Shown: one piece after another, positions 30,238-45,820 of the stretch | How the letters are laid out: every line of letters begins with the position of its first letter | Position numbering within the stretch: the stretch's first letter is position 1 | Assembly: GCF_009914755.1 (NCBI RefSeq) | Contig: NC_060943.1 | Length of the DNA: 64,000 nucleotides | From: the human T2T-CHM13v2.0 reference genome, Homo sapiens | Reading direction: 5' to 3' (one strand) | Program-made: the position numbers and the translations under genes | The notes under the pieces: generated by a model | The model's database searches: none | Seen by the model: the letters and a program-made list of their open reading frames with translations, nothing else | Told to the model about the DNA's origin: nothing

Positions 30238-32054
30238 CTGTCATGGAAAGAAAAGAAGAGAAGGAATAAAGGTGATGTTATTTTACAGCGTGGTACCTTA
30301 GGAACCATCACTAAGTATTTAGTAGTTTCTACTTTTTCCTTCGGGGATTACATTAATTTTGTGGGACGGTTGCTGGTAGATGATTAGCCAACTATATTCT
30401 TGCAGTTTTTTTCTCTCTCAACGTGTTTCTAGGTTAGTGATCAGTCTTCTGTCAATTTCATCCTGACCATGCTGCACTCAGATATTTTCGAAAGCTTTAT
30501 GATGTGAGAAAGGCTGACTGCTATTTTCTGTCACTAGAACTTTGTACCCTTTCATGGTTGCATCTTTTTCTCAGTGTGTCAGTTGTGGTAGGCATGAATA
30601 AGACTCTGTCAGGTCTCCATGGCAGCTTGTGTTTCTCAAGAGGATTACTGAGTCCTTGGTGGAGCCCATTAATGAATAGGGCCGAGAAAGTATAGGCTTA
30701 TGTATGTTGAAAAATTTCCCTAGGTAATTCTAGCACTCTCAGCTAATAATTGATTAATTAATAATCAACTGACTTGATTGACAGAAGGCCCAGATCAGTG
30801 CATTCCAAACTGACAACCTACTTTGCATAGAGTCCTCACTTTCCTGAAGCTCTCAGCAGGGATATGAAAGCAAGCCCAGTTCTATGAGACTCTGTTTTAT
30901 TCTCCTGGGTGACTTGTGGGAAGACCCCCTATCAGTCTTCCCATGCTCTCTTTGAACTGTAGCTAAATCTTTGTCTTTCTCCTTCACAGGAATGAGATTT
31001 GCATAGTGGTCCCAAAGTTCCCCAGACTTTTTTCATGCCTGCCCCACTTTCCCTCCCAGGCATTTTTCCTAATACATTATCCTGCATGTCTAATCTCATC
31101 TCGGATGCATCTCAGTGGGCATAAACTAACATACCAGGCTTGATTTTTTTGCACTTAGCTTTTTTCTGTCTCTCCCACATGTAGCCAGTAACCATGTCCT
31201 AGTGTTTCATGTGTTACCCTTTTTTCATGTGTATAGGAAAAAAATATATATTTCCATATACTTATTTATATGTAATATATATAATAAAATGTGTAATATA
31301 AAATGTATAATAATGTAAAACATATACATATTTTCCATATATGTATATGGAAAAAGAGGTAACACATAAAACACCAGGACATTTACATATAATAAAATTG
31401 ACATATGTTATATATGTATGTAGTGTCTGGTAGTCTTACCCTCTTTATAAATACACACTTTTTGTCACTGCCCCTTCCTTCCTTCCCATGCAGAGCTCCT
31501 ATGGCCAAATCTCCCTACTTCTCCAAGTTTGTGTCACTCACTGTCCTCTGTGTTGTGTCCCATGTGCTGTGTCCACAGCCTCCTAGTGTTTTATGTGTTC
31601 TCTTTTTCTATATATATGTGGAAAAAGCATATACATATTTCTCTGTATATATTTATATACAATATATAATTATCTAAAAATATAGAATATATAACAATTT
31701 AAAATATATGCATATTTCCATATCTATGAAAAAAGGTAACACATAAACACTAGGCCATTTATATATAAAATTCACATATGTAATATAAATGCCAATTTTA
31801 TCATATATAAATAAGTATATCCATATAGACTTATCATATATAAGGTGAATTTGGAATGCCCTGACCTGGGCCCTCTGTCAGTCAAGTCCCTGCCATGGAG
31901 GCCATTCATGGCTGCCACAACTGAGACACTGGGAGAAAGATGCAACTATGAAAAGGTGAAAAGTTCTAAAGTCATAGAAAATAGCAATCAGCCTTTCTCA
32001 CATCCCAAAACCTTCAAAAATATCTGAGTGCAGCATGTCCAAGATGGAATTAAA

Positions 32055-33800
<1,746 letters not shown>

Positions 33801-34650
33801 GTAAGTCTTAGATGTATAGTGTCTGGTACTCTTACCCTCTCTGTAAATGCACACTTTTTGTCGCTGTTCCTCCCCTGCCATAGAGAGCTTCTGTGAGTTA
33901 ATCTCCCTATTTCTCCAAGTGTCCATCACTCACTGTCCTCTGTGTTGTGTTCCAGGAGCTCTGTCCACAGACTCAGACAGGCAGTGACTTCAGAGCCAGG
34001 ACACAGCCCTATTCCCATTTTTTAAAGCCTTACCCATGGGAGGCTTGGCTTCTACTGGCAGCTCGATTTAGCCAGATTCAGAACCGGCCACCCAGGCACC
34101 TTATCCACATGCCCTGGCCCCAGCCCAGGTGGAGTCAGGGCAGGGTCAGTCACTGGGCGAGCCCACAGCAATGCAGGGAGCAGAGTCTGAGCTGCTTCTC
34201 CCTCACCAAGGGGCTTCCTCCTCTCATTGGAGAAAAGTGTGGGCTTGTTTTGAAGCCTCTGATGTTCATCGCAGCTCATGGAGTACACACACACACAGAC
34301 ACACACACAAAGGAGACAGAAGGGATGTTTTGGTGACAGAAACAGCTTGACCATGAGGACCCTCCTCTTTCTCCCTCTGTGAAGGCCCTTACACTGCATA
34401 GTGCTTGGGGCTGATAAAGCCATTTCCCTACATTTCTCAGGCTGGACCCAAGGTCATCCACCAGAAATCTGGCAAACAAAGGGAAGAGAATCTGTAGATA
34501 TGAATTGGGAGTGTTCAGGAGAAAAATTTGGGATTTACTTTTGTGCATGGGACACAGGCTGAGAATAAAAATGTTTTCCTGGCTCTTTCTTGGAAAGCCA
34601 GATAGGCTTCACCTGAAAGCATATTGCCAATGCTCCAGCGATCCACTTAC

Positions 34651-34905
34651 CAGGGACTCTGATTTTCTTGGTTGCGAAGTTTTTGCCATTAGTGACTGGG
34701 TTATGGACATAACACAGATAGTCCCCACTATTCTCAGTAGTGACTTGGGGGATAAAGAGCTCTTGTCCTATTTGCTGGTTATTCCCATTCAGCAGCCAAG
34801 AATACTCTGCTGATGGGTTAGAGCCCATGAGGCAGGAGAGGTTGAGGTTTGACCCTGGATAGTAATAGGTGTCTGAAGAATAAGTTGTGGGTTCATCTGG
34901 GCCAT
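34651..34905 (-). pseudogene. IgC2 B-domain exon, 255 nt, open frame
   Basis: GPDEPTTYSSDTYYYPGSNLNLSC...YLCYVHNPVT...KKIRVP with AG/GT intact. Confidence 0.88.
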
Positions 34906-35292
34906 CTGGAGCAAAGAGAATAATGCCACAGGTAATGTTATCAGAGGGAATGGGAAGCTCCTGGTCTGTGAAAGGGGCACAGTGTTCCTTTTTGCCAAGT
35001 CACAACCCCGAAGTCCCAGCCAAACTTCCTCTGTGTTCACTGAACTGGAGTAGTCTAAGAAATTCACGTGTTCTCCCATCACAAGCTGTGGAACCAGAGT
35101 CTCCTAAGACCAGAGAAGCCCCTCCCCTCCTGGGCCTACCCAGGTTTTTCTGGGGCAGGAAGTCATGGCCAGCTTGGGGGTCCAGGGGTAAGTGTCTTCA
35201 TACTTGAACCTGAGAGGGACTGAGAGGCCTGGCCTCATGTTATGTGGATTTGGGCCGGCAGCCTTGTCCATGAAGGAAAAGAGGATACTCAC

Positions 35293-35561
35293 AGAGAACA
35301 TCCAGGTGACTGGGTCAATTTGGCTGGTACTCACTACATTCTTCCTTTGACATTCATAGAGTCCTGTGTCACTCCTTGTGATACTGAGTAGAGCAAGGAT
35401 CCTGTTGTCATTGGACATCTTTAGCCTGGGACTGAGTGTGAGTCTATGACCATTTACCCACCACATGTAGATTGTGCCATGAATGTCAGGTTCACAGGTT
35501 AAGACCACAGCCTCCTCATCCTCTGTGGGGTTGCTGGTGACATAGGGCTTGGGAACATTCG
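35293..35561 (-). pseudogene. IgC2 A-domain exon, 269 nt, frameshifted
   Basis: NVPKPYVTSNP...LTCEP...YECQ...DPVT; 9-nt and 1-nt deletions relative to the 279-nt norm. Confidence 0.88.
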
Positions 35562-37425
35562 CTGTGCAGATAACAGAGAAGATTCCCCTGTGTGGCACCA
35601 CTGATTTCTCCATGAGCATTTTCCAATCAGAGTTGACATCTCCCACCTCTCAGCAAATCTAAGTCCTTAAAAGCCCACAGCAGGTCTGTGTGTCAAAAGA
35701 CAGATGGATGCATGATGATCTGAGGGCTCAGAGGCCATGGGGCCACCTGCTCTGTGTGGGAGATGCACAGACTTCTGAAGTGTGGATTGAGCAGCAATAT
35801 TGGTGAAGTGTGAATTGAGCAGGGTCAAACAATTAGAGTTTGATTAACTTTGTTTAAATTGAGCAGAGCCCAAGTGAGGCAGCAGTGGCTCATGCATCTC
35901 CCCAACCGAAGCACCCCACCTTATGACAATGTGGTTATTATGAATACACAGGTGTGAATGAAACAGGCAGTAAATCAGACAGCACCCACCTGGCCAGCTC
36001 CACCTGGTCCTAGGAACCACCATTATTCCCATTATGTGTATGTTACAGCTTTTTAGGCTACAAAATATAAAATACAATCACAGAATATAAAATATGCTAT
36101 TGTCAATACAAAATATTGAATATGAAGCTGAATATGTTGTTCCACTTTTTCTCACTCTTGTTAAGCTTTGCTGATTCAGTTTTGGAAGTTTCTATTGACA
36201 CACACTTAAGCTAGAGATTCTTTCCTCAGCTGTGTGCAGCCTACCAGTAAGCCCATGGAGGGCATTCTTTATTTCTCTTAAAGTATTTTTAATCTCTAGC
36301 ATTTCTTTTGCTTCTTTCTTAGAATAGCCATCTCTGTTTAAATCACCCATCTATTCCTGAAAGGTGTCTCCTTTTTCCATCATAATCCTTAACCAGAGTT
36401 GTTTTAAATTTCCAGTCTGATAATTTCAACATCCCTACCACATCTGTGTCTGGTTCCAATCCTTGCTCTGTCTTTCAAACTGCATTTTTTTTTTTTTTTT
36501 GCCATAGTCTGTCTTGTATTTTTTTGAAAACCACACATGATGTACTGTGTAAAAGGGACTTGAGTGGGTGGGCATTCAGTGACACGGTGGTGAGTGTTGG
36601 GAGGGAAGGGTTCTGTGGTTCTGGATGAGATCTGTGTCCTGGGCTGTGAATGTCACAAGTGCCTCTCAGGTTTTTCTTTCCATTAGGTGGGATATGATGA
36701 CTTGAGGAGGCTGGAGTTGGATACTTCCCCTCCCCCTGGCCAGTTAAGCTCCCATCAAACCCCAGCTAATTAGGCTGCAGTAAAATAGTTTCTCTTAAAT
36801 TTAGGTCTTACCAAGAAGAATATAATTCACTGACAACTTTCCAAGTGTTTTTTTCCCTTCTTCCTAGAAGAAGGATGTGGATTCTTTTTGGATATTGACT
36901 GTGAGAAACTGGTAGAGCTCCAGGAGCTAAGAGTCATAAATCTGTCCCCCTACTCCCAAGACTAATCCATCCACTGGTGTGTTTATCTCTGCACTGTGTC
37001 CACACTGAGCCTCCAGAATTTCCTCAATTAGAGTTCAGGTTTTCTGACCCCAGCACTTGTTCCCGCTGAGGTTTCTGTGCCTGTGTTTCTGCTCAGGTAC
37101 GGTGCGCTGCTCTGTATTTGCCTGTGGGTCTCTCCAATATGTGGGCCAGTTAGCACTGAGACCTTGCTTCCAGAGAAATCTAAATGAGTTGTTGATTTTT
37201 CAGTTTGTTCAGCTTTTTACTTGTTGTTAGAACTGAGTGAAAATTTTTAAGCTACTTACATGCCTGACGGAAATTCGAAGTGTCTAGGGCATGACTGGAG
37301 GATATGAGCCCCACAGCAGGTTGAGGATGGAGTCATGAGTGAAATGGGTGAAATGAGCCCATGGGCTTTGGAAACTGCAGATCTGTCCTTCTGCCTCTGA
37401 CCCCCTGGTGAGTCCATGAAGAAAG

Positions 37426-38172
37426 TGAAACCACCTTTGCGAAGCATAAGATGGTGAGAGGAAGCTAGCTTGGCTGACCGCATCTCACCTCTAGTCTCAA
37501 ACTGGCCCTCTTCTCTGATTCCTGGACATAGGCCAGGGTAAGCATGGGAGGAATTTATAGTTTAACTTTGAAGCAAGGATGATAATAGTCCCTCCCTAAA
37601 ATTAGCTCCTCCTTGTCGGGGGCTACCTTGGTAAATCTAAGAAAAGACCACGAATTATGGGAGGGGCCCAAATTCTGCTAAAATGCAGGCATAGTTTCTA
37701 TAATCCCTTACTTCTCAGGAGTCATGTATCCAGAGGTCACAAGATTTGTGACTTTCCTAGTTGCTCCTATAGATAGCAAGACTACTGTAGAATCTGAGAT
37801 TTATCTTTTGAGATGTTTCAGACTTTTGCATTCTGGCAACCAGCTGACCTCATCTAGACTCATGACCAATGGCTAAACCAGTCATGTGGCCCCCACTCAG
37901 AGGCAGATTCAACAAATACATACCATTTTGCCTACGTGCATCATTTCATCTCCAGCCGGTCAACAGTACTTATTCCTTAGACCTTTGCCCCTTCAAAGTT
38001 TTTGAAAAACTCTAACCTCAGAGCCATTGGGGAAGGTGATTTGAGTCATAATAAATTTCTGTCCTCCTTTTTGGCAGCCTTGGGCTAAGCAAAACCATTC
38101 TTTACTACACATCACCTTCACAATAAATTGGCTTTGCCTGTGCAGAGGGCAAGAACCTGTCAGGTGATTGTA
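37426..38172 (+). mobile_element. LTR8/LTR8B solo LTR, paralog of the PSG8 intron-2 copy
   Basis: Begins TGAAACCACCTTTGC; flanks homologous to those of 10075-10837. Confidence 0.8.
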
Positions 38173-39339
38173 AGAATGGATGGAGGAGTCACTGATCTCT
38201 TTCAGGTGGCCTGTTTCATGAGTCAGCCTCTCAGAGGGAAAGAGCCCTGGACTGGGACACAGTGGAAGCTCATTCTCCTGGTGACCCGGGGACATTGCCT
38301 CATTATGGATCCTGGCAGGGGTGGCTACTCTGGCTGATTTTGGTGCATTTTTCATTTCCCAGAAGGCAGGACAGGCCTCAGTGTGAGCAGGAAGGAAATG
38401 GAACCGTCAATCTTGTTAGAGAGGGTGTCTGGGTAAGTCCTCAGGGTGGAGGAAGCTGTGCAGGACAGGGCTCATCAGGTAGAATGAAAGGGGGATGCAC
38501 TTTTTTCACTGAACACCTTTCAGATGTCTCACCAACTCTGGCCTCACTGGGCTCTGCCTTTCCTTCTGAGCCCAGAGCCCCGAGCCCTGATTCCTGGGAG
38601 GGAGGAAGAGAGAGAGGAAGGGTGAAGCTGGGATGTGTGCTGTCCAGGTTTCTTCCATCTCTGGAATCTTGAAAGCGAGGGACCCTAGTGTGTTACCACA
38701 GAGGAGACCATGGGAAAAAGCTGTTTCTCAGGGGTGCCTGGCTTATGAATTGAGGGGAATTCAGACCAGGTTGGACTCGTGAACTGCAGGGACTCTGTTC
38801 CATGTCAGCAACCAGCTCCTCTAGCTCAGTGTTTCTCTCTGTGGCTAATTCTTTTGTGTGATTTCTGAGCCCATGCTAGAGTCCTCCTCACGATGCCTGA
38901 TGGTCAGACCTGTGTGGGGAGACCTAATGATGGGGTGGGGGTGGTCTTGAGTGTCACACAGAGTGTCCAGGGAACAGGCTTTGTGACTTTCTCTACCCCA
39001 GCCCCACAACAAGATCTGGATAGTGGGCTTGGTCAGATAAAGTCAGAATCCATGGAGGGAGGGTATGTGTCCTGGCAGTACTGAGGTTCCTGCCTCCAGG
39101 TTAGTTCTCAGTCTCTGCAAATACATTTATGTTGTGCATGTGCTGTTTCCTGGACTGTTTCATGTCCCTAACTTCTTGAACCTGTCTGCAGATAATGTCA
39201 TGAGAGGTCTGCATGGAAGTATATGAGGGCTCTCTGATTAGGATGGGTGTGTTTTACATAGTGGGTTTTTTTTTTTCACCAAATTGTGGTTGAGTGTGTA
39301 TATAGAAACACATACATACTTATATTCATTAGATTTGAC

Positions 39340-39446
39340 TATTTATATAAATTTAATATACAGATACATTTCTATAAATATACACATATATGTATATGTG
39401 TATATATGTATATGTATATATGTATATGTATATATATGTATATGGG

Positions 39447-39477
<31 letters not shown>

Positions 39478-39484
39478 ATATATA
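39340..39484. repeat. (TA)n/(TG)n low-complexity tract
   Basis: Seen directly. Confidence 0.9.
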
Positions 39485-39534
39485 AAATGTGCCATTTTAA
39501 CCACTTAAGGGGAGAGAGAGAGAGAAGAGAGTTT

Positions 39535-42500
39535 CTGCTAATACCAAATCTGGGTTAAATAAGGGTGGTCCTATTTCCTGGGGTTGGGCTTTTGCTAGAT
39601 GTGTCAGTTCCTGTTGGAAGTGAGGTAGAGAGGTTACATGCTTAACCAATGTAGAGATTTTCTATATGAAAATAATCTGTGAGCACACTGATAAGTTTTA
39701 TCCTTTTCTAGGTGAAAAGCTTGGTGAAAGATTTTAAGGACTTCCCATTGGCTGAAGGCTGGCAAATGGAGTTTGCTATCCTCTGACTGCAGCCATTCTG
39801 AGGACTGGAAAGAATACCCTGAGAAGGGGCCTATTTTATTTCTGCAGGAAGGTACTGAGGTTTAATTTATCTTATGGAGTCTTCCTAGATTAGAAGGCTT
39901 TGAGGTGTGTTGATGCCTTGCCAGTGACTTAGCTGCCTGATCAGTGAACCTATTTCCTTTGGCTACATCATCTGTTCCCCTTTTGATGTTCCCTATAATG
40001 TATCACTGCTATTTCTCATGGAAGAAAACTGAGGATAATAACCTGTTAATTTTTTGGTGATATTTTACAGGAAATCCATTAGTGGTAAGAAAATGCCTTT
40101 TATTTTAAATGGCAGCATGAGCATGAAGAACTCAAAAAGCATACTTGGAATCAGTGTAAATGTTAGCTACCTTTCCCTTGCTTAATTTAAGTGCTCTTGT
40201 AAGAACCATTTGTTTAGCTGATTGAGCACCTGCACCTGAAGGGAGATGTTATTTAGAGTGACTACTGCTTATCCTGCCATATATATTTCTTGCTTTACCA
40301 GCTGTTTGTTAGCTAAGAGCTCCCTCTAGAGGAAAGTAATTTTGCCACATTAAGTGGGGATGTAAACCGTTCTTTCCTAGGGTTAATTTGGAGGCTTTTC
40401 TGACTAGTAGAGCTATTGTGACAGTGGTTTGGAAGCAGATGTAAACAATAGGTCCTCCTAATGGCAAATAAGAGGTTGAGAAAAATATTGGATTAGAATT
40501 TTTCCTGAGACACCCCTTATGGTTGTGCTATGGGAAGAGGGGAGGCCTGGATAAGAAAGGAGAAAAGAGAGAGACTAGATCTAGTGTTTAGAAGGAGGTC
40601 TACTTTCCTCCCTATAATTTCCAGAATGACCTGTGTCTCCTGTGCTGTAATGGCAGTTTGAGCTGCTGGAGCCAGGGGTTTGAGCCCCAGGACCCATCAG
40701 TCTTGCTGGACCACTGTGAGACTGGTACTGAACCCAGTGACCTCCAACTCTGGGAGCAGTTGCATCTCCAGTGGTCTCCACCACAGGCTGGTCATTGTCA
40801 AGGTGGCTTCCTCTTGCTGTTTGGACACTCCTTCCTAAAAATGCCCTGGCTTGCCACACCGAGAGCAACTAGTGGATACACCTCTGGGATCCTGGACTTT
40901 GCAACTCTGCAAAGTAGCTATTAGAGGCTTTGTCCTTCTCTTGAGCTTTCTCTCTTTCTTCTGGGCCTTCTCCTGGTCCCTATTATAAAAGACTGAAGTG
41001 GCTACCCTCAGAAGGTTTTCCAAGGTGCTATGTGCTACTATAGCTTGCCTTTTGTAGGTTCCTTCTAATATTGGGAGCATTCTGTATAATAAACTTATCT
41101 TTTTGAATGGGCTGTCACTTGAGTGAATCAGGAGATAAAAAGGTGTGTGCTAATAGTGCCCCTCTTAACCTATCCATAAAGGCTGCAGGATTCTCCTCTG
41201 GCTTTGAGTCTATCATAGACAGTTTAGAGGAATTAAGAGGTCTGGCCTTAGTTTTTCTTTTCCATTCATCTGCTGAGCTATTGGGGCTTCAATCAGGGTT
41301 GCCAAGAGGTACTGCTTCACTTCTTATTTGGAATGGTGTTTCTGCTATTTCTTCACTTTCTGTATCTCCTTCCTTCCCTTTTGGTGTATTATAGGAGATA
41401 TGTTGCTCATCTTCAAAATTCTCTGGTGCTTGTAGAGCTGGCTGTTTTTCAGTTACAGTTAGGGTTTGGTTTAGGAGCAGCATAACATCCTTCCATGTGA
41501 GGTGAAACACCTGACTTAAATTCTGGAAAGCTTCTATATACCTATCAGGATTGTCTGAAAATCAGCCTAAGTCTTACTTTATTTGCCTAAGGTCCTGTAA
41601 TGAGAAGGGAACTTGGAGGGACCCCAAATTATGGGGATTCTTCTCAGATGGTTCCCTGGGAAGTTGCTTTTCTAATTCTAGGGGATTATTCTTTATAGGC
41701 CTTCCTGATATGGCTGTTAAAAAAATCTGGGTTGCTGTTACAATGCTTCTAAAGTTTTAGTAAAAATGCCCTGTCATTGTGCAAAATAGAATGAGTTGCT
41801 TTTCTCTTCAAAGTCCTGAGGTTAAAAGAGTTCTAGTGCCTCAGAGTGCACTCCAGAGGGGTGCAAACTGAAGATGCTCTGTTAGCCATCGAGAAAAAGA
41901 AGTGAGAATAAAAGTGTCCTTATAGTCCCCCTTCTTTCATTGTTACCCAGAGTCATGTGGAAGACAGTGGGAGCATCCCCCCAACTGTTTTCTCTCCTTG
42001 GTTCCTGAGTCCTGGCACTGTGTTAAATTTGCCACCCATGGTTGTAGGTGTGGCCCTCTAAGCCATGGAACTGGATAAATGAAGTGATGACATTAGCCAC
42101 ACTTTACCCATGCAGCCTTAGCTTATCTGCCTGTGATCTGCCTGGCCTCCTGAAAAATGGATCTCTGGTGAAATTGTAATAGTTGCCTTTGAGCAAGCTT
42201 TCTTTAAGAGAGGGAATGTGCCAGTTGCCAGTTATGGCCCATGCTAAAACACTTACCCTCAGAAAAGTGGTCCTGGTTGACTCTGTTCTTAAAATGTCCT
42301 TACTAATTAAATACTGTTCTAATTGGAGATAGAATAAGTACCTTAAATGAACGTAGGGACCTAATGGCAGTTTTTCCTGCTGATGGGACAGTATCGGAAC
42401 TAAAATTTGGCTATGGAAGACATTTTACTCCTAACTGTTGAAAGCAGAGCTTTCCCATTCACAGAAAGGGCTTTTCTATCAGTGCAAAAAGAGAGAATTG

Positions 42501-43657
42501 GAAAAGTGCAGTGTTATGGCAAAGGACCAACAATGTGCCTCATAAGGAGGATTTATGTTTCCACTAGGTGACACTGTTGGCTTAGAAATACCAAGTGCTT
42601 ACCAAAGGAAGGAGAGAGAGAGAGAAAGAGAGAGGGAGGGACCTATTGGGTTAGTTATTATACCATGTACCGATCTTTCCTAACAGAACTGTTTCCCTGA
42701 ACCGTAAAAATTTCCACATATTGCAAACACAAAAAGAACAGGAGACATAGAGACCATGGATAGAAAGGAAGAACAAATTTGCAACAGGATAGCAAATTAG
42801 GAGACCCATTACCAACATCTGGATGAGCTGCCGGAAGCTGTGTTCAGTCCAGAAGCCTTTGAATAACATCAGGGTGTTTCCTGGCCAGAAATTCTCAGCT
42901 GCTCCATGACATCCCCCAGCGTCATGTGATGGTGAGGTTCTCCATGAAAGGAAACTAGTTTGAAGAGAACCTTGAAATTAAAGGACAGATTTGAGGTTTG
43001 CTCCATACTCACCATTCTGATGTTTCTATCTTCTGTTCTGATCACAATCCCAGATGAGAACTCCCAAATAAAATGGCTCTGTTTGGGAATCTATTCATGG
43101 TTCTTTGTCACACACTGAGAAAGAATTCGGGACATGGAAACACGTGAGGAGTGGGTTTAGGAGTGAAAAATTTAACAGACAATAAAGAAGAGAGAGAGAA
43201 AAAGCTTTCTCATACTGAGAAAGCAGTCACCCGAGAGAGGGTCTCCAATTTGTGGTGGAATGCAATTGATTTTGTACAGAGACTTGAGGAGGCAGTGATT
43301 GATTTACATAGGGTCCAGGGTATTGTTTTGACCAGGTGTGCTGTTTACGTAGCCCGAGAAAAGACTGGCCCTCCCACCTTAATCTTTTATTATGCCATTG
43401 TGGCTTCTACCTGGTGGTCATCATGACACCTGCACATATGGTGACAAGGAAAAAAGTGCAGGAACTGCCATATTGGGAGTACCTGGCTCTTAGTTGCCTG
43501 CATCTGTATATGCTTATCTATGCTTGCAGCCTGATCATTCAGTCTGTTTTCTGTTAGAAATGGTTTGGGGGCTGCGTTTTATTAAAGGAAAATTCCACCA
43601 AGAATTCTTTTACCCTTTCTAGCTGCCTAAAAATAATTTCTCAATAACTCCTGTATT
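39535..43657 (-). mobile_element. Decayed ERV1 provirus (HUERS-P-like): 5' LTR about 43068-43657, PBS, gag and pol remnants
   Basis: Gag-like FHLTWKDVMLLLNQTLT and zinc-knuckle-like CSRCGKPGHF; decayed tRNA-Pro PBS TGGGAGTTCTCATCTGGGAT near 43045-43065; LTR resembles MER61/MER50 group. Confidence 0.72.
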
Positions 43658-44271
43658 AGGACCCCTTTAGGAAAACAGAAAAGAAGACACAGACTCTCCT
43701 GTAGGAAAGTAACCATAGTTTTTTTGTCATGGAGCCCCAAGAGTTGCAAGTGAACGGATTTCTCTCAGGTCTAAAACTCTGCTCTTTTCTCCATTGTGTT
43801 ACCTGACCTCTTTGCCTTTTACATTACTTTGAACTGTAAAAATATTTGACCTTGTGTGTGTAATGGTTGCTGGGTCAGTGGTAAGAGCTATGGTTTTGAA
43901 AGTGACTAACAGTGATTATAATAAATTATTCTGGCTTCAGAGGGCTACTCATTTCCTTGCATGTTTAGATGCAAAAGACACAGTTTAAACAATTAGGGAA
44001 ATGCCTTTGTAGCAAAGTACTCTGTGGAAGTGTTGCACAGTATGGTCCCCACTGCATTGTCCTCTTCTTGGGGACCTGGGATTCAGTGAAATCCTTGATT
44101 TTTAATGTCTAAATGTTGTCCCTTCCAACTGGTGCCCTTTTTTACATATTTAAATGATTAGAATCTAAAAATTGCAAAGACTTTGTTGGCCCTCTTCCTT
44201 AATGGGCTCTACCTTGAGCACAGTGATTCAGTTGAAGAAAAGAGACCAAATTAAAAGCTACATCTCTAAAT

Positions 44272-44945
44272 AAACAACAGGTGCTGGAGAGGATATGGAG
44301 AAATAGGAACACTTTTACAGTGTTGGTGGGAGTGTAAACTAATTCAACCATTGTGGAAGTCAGTGTGGCGATTCCTCAGGGATCTAGAAGTAGAAATACC
44401 ATTTGACCCAGCCATCCCATTACTGGGTATATACCCAAAGGATTATAAATCATGCTGCTATAAAGACACATGCACACATATGTTTATTGCGGCACTATTC
44501 ACAATAGCAAAGACTTGGAGCCAACTCAAATGTCCAACAATGGTAGACTGGATTAAGAAAATGTGGCACATATACACCATGGAACACTATGCAGCCATAA
44601 AAATGATGACTTCCTGTCCTTTGTAGGGACATGGATGAAGCTGGAAACCATCATTCTCAGCAAACCATCGCAAGGACAAAAAATCAAACACCGCATGTTC
44701 TCACTCATAGGTGGGAATTGAACAGTGAGACCACATGGACACAGGAAGGGGAACATCACACACCAGGGCCTGTTGTGGGGTGGGAAGAGAGGGGAGGGAT
44801 AGCATTAGGAGATATACCTAATGTTAAATGACGAGTTAATGGGTGCAGCACACCAACATGGCACATGTATACATATGTAACTAACCTGCCCGTTGTGCAC
44901 ATGTACCCTAAAACTTAAAGTATACTAAAAAATAAATAAATAAAA
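44272..44945 (+). mobile_element. 5'-truncated older L1PA (about PA4-PA6) within an ERV1-like internal fragment
   Basis: ORF2 C-terminus WKSVWRFLRD..., 3'UTR AAATGACGAGTTAATGG, A-rich tail. Confidence 0.88.
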
Positions 44946-45820
44946 CCCCGTGGTAAATTTCTATTATTTTTGTGTTACCTTGGCATCTCTTTTTAATCTT
45001 CCTTGAACACACCAAATTTTTTCTTGAAAAAGCTTAAGTTCTCTCTCTCTCTCTCTTTGCTTTGAGATGTAAATGTGCTATTTATTTTCTCTAAAACTCG
45101 GTAAAGCCTTCCTCAGATAAACGTTAACCTTTACCATTTACAAGAAAGCAATTTGAATCCAACTATCCTTTAAACTGGTGGGTTTTACTGATCTCATGCC
45201 TAAAGTCCTAAAATCAAAATTCTAAAATCCTTTTGTCTCTCTCTATCTTTATGTGAACATGTATATGTTATATGTTTTATCACATATATGTATATGTCAC
45301 ACATTTATATACTGTTGACACATAGTTTCAAATTAATGTAAAAATAAATGAGTACTCACAAATTAAGTGAATAAGCCAAAATGCTTTTCTATACATGTGA
45401 TTTTAATAACCTTTGGTGAATATAGATAGTTTTAAAATTGTTGGAAAATAAAGTATAAACGTCTTCATAATTTAATTTATACGTTTTTGCCTAGGTCTGT
45501 TGGCAGGCAGGTTTATATTGTCTTTACTAGATGTTTTAAGGTCATCAAACAGTTGCTTCCATATATATACATTTTCTTAATTTGTCTGTGAGCTTATGTC
45601 TTTATATTTGAAGCTTTAAATTCTGAGTTCTAGATGAGTGACCATAGTAAGAACTGGGGACAAAACCCATCCCAGCCTCTGGCTGTGCCTTTTGGCCATG
45701 CTGGGAGAGGTGAGATTATCCAGGCATTTTCTTCATAGCTCTGTTCTTTGTCTTGGGCTTTGCATCTGGTACATAGTTAGAATGATTTACTCCCTAGTTT
45801 TTTTCTACTGAAAATAAGGC

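Noticed and set aside
31194-31758. Repeat-spacer pattern as a CRISPR-like array
   Set aside because: Repeats alternate in orientation, spacers are irregular TA-rich tracts, and the DNA is primate with no cas genes
40835-41510. Gag-like ORFs as a domesticated gene
   Set aside because: Short fragments in different frames within a decayed provirus
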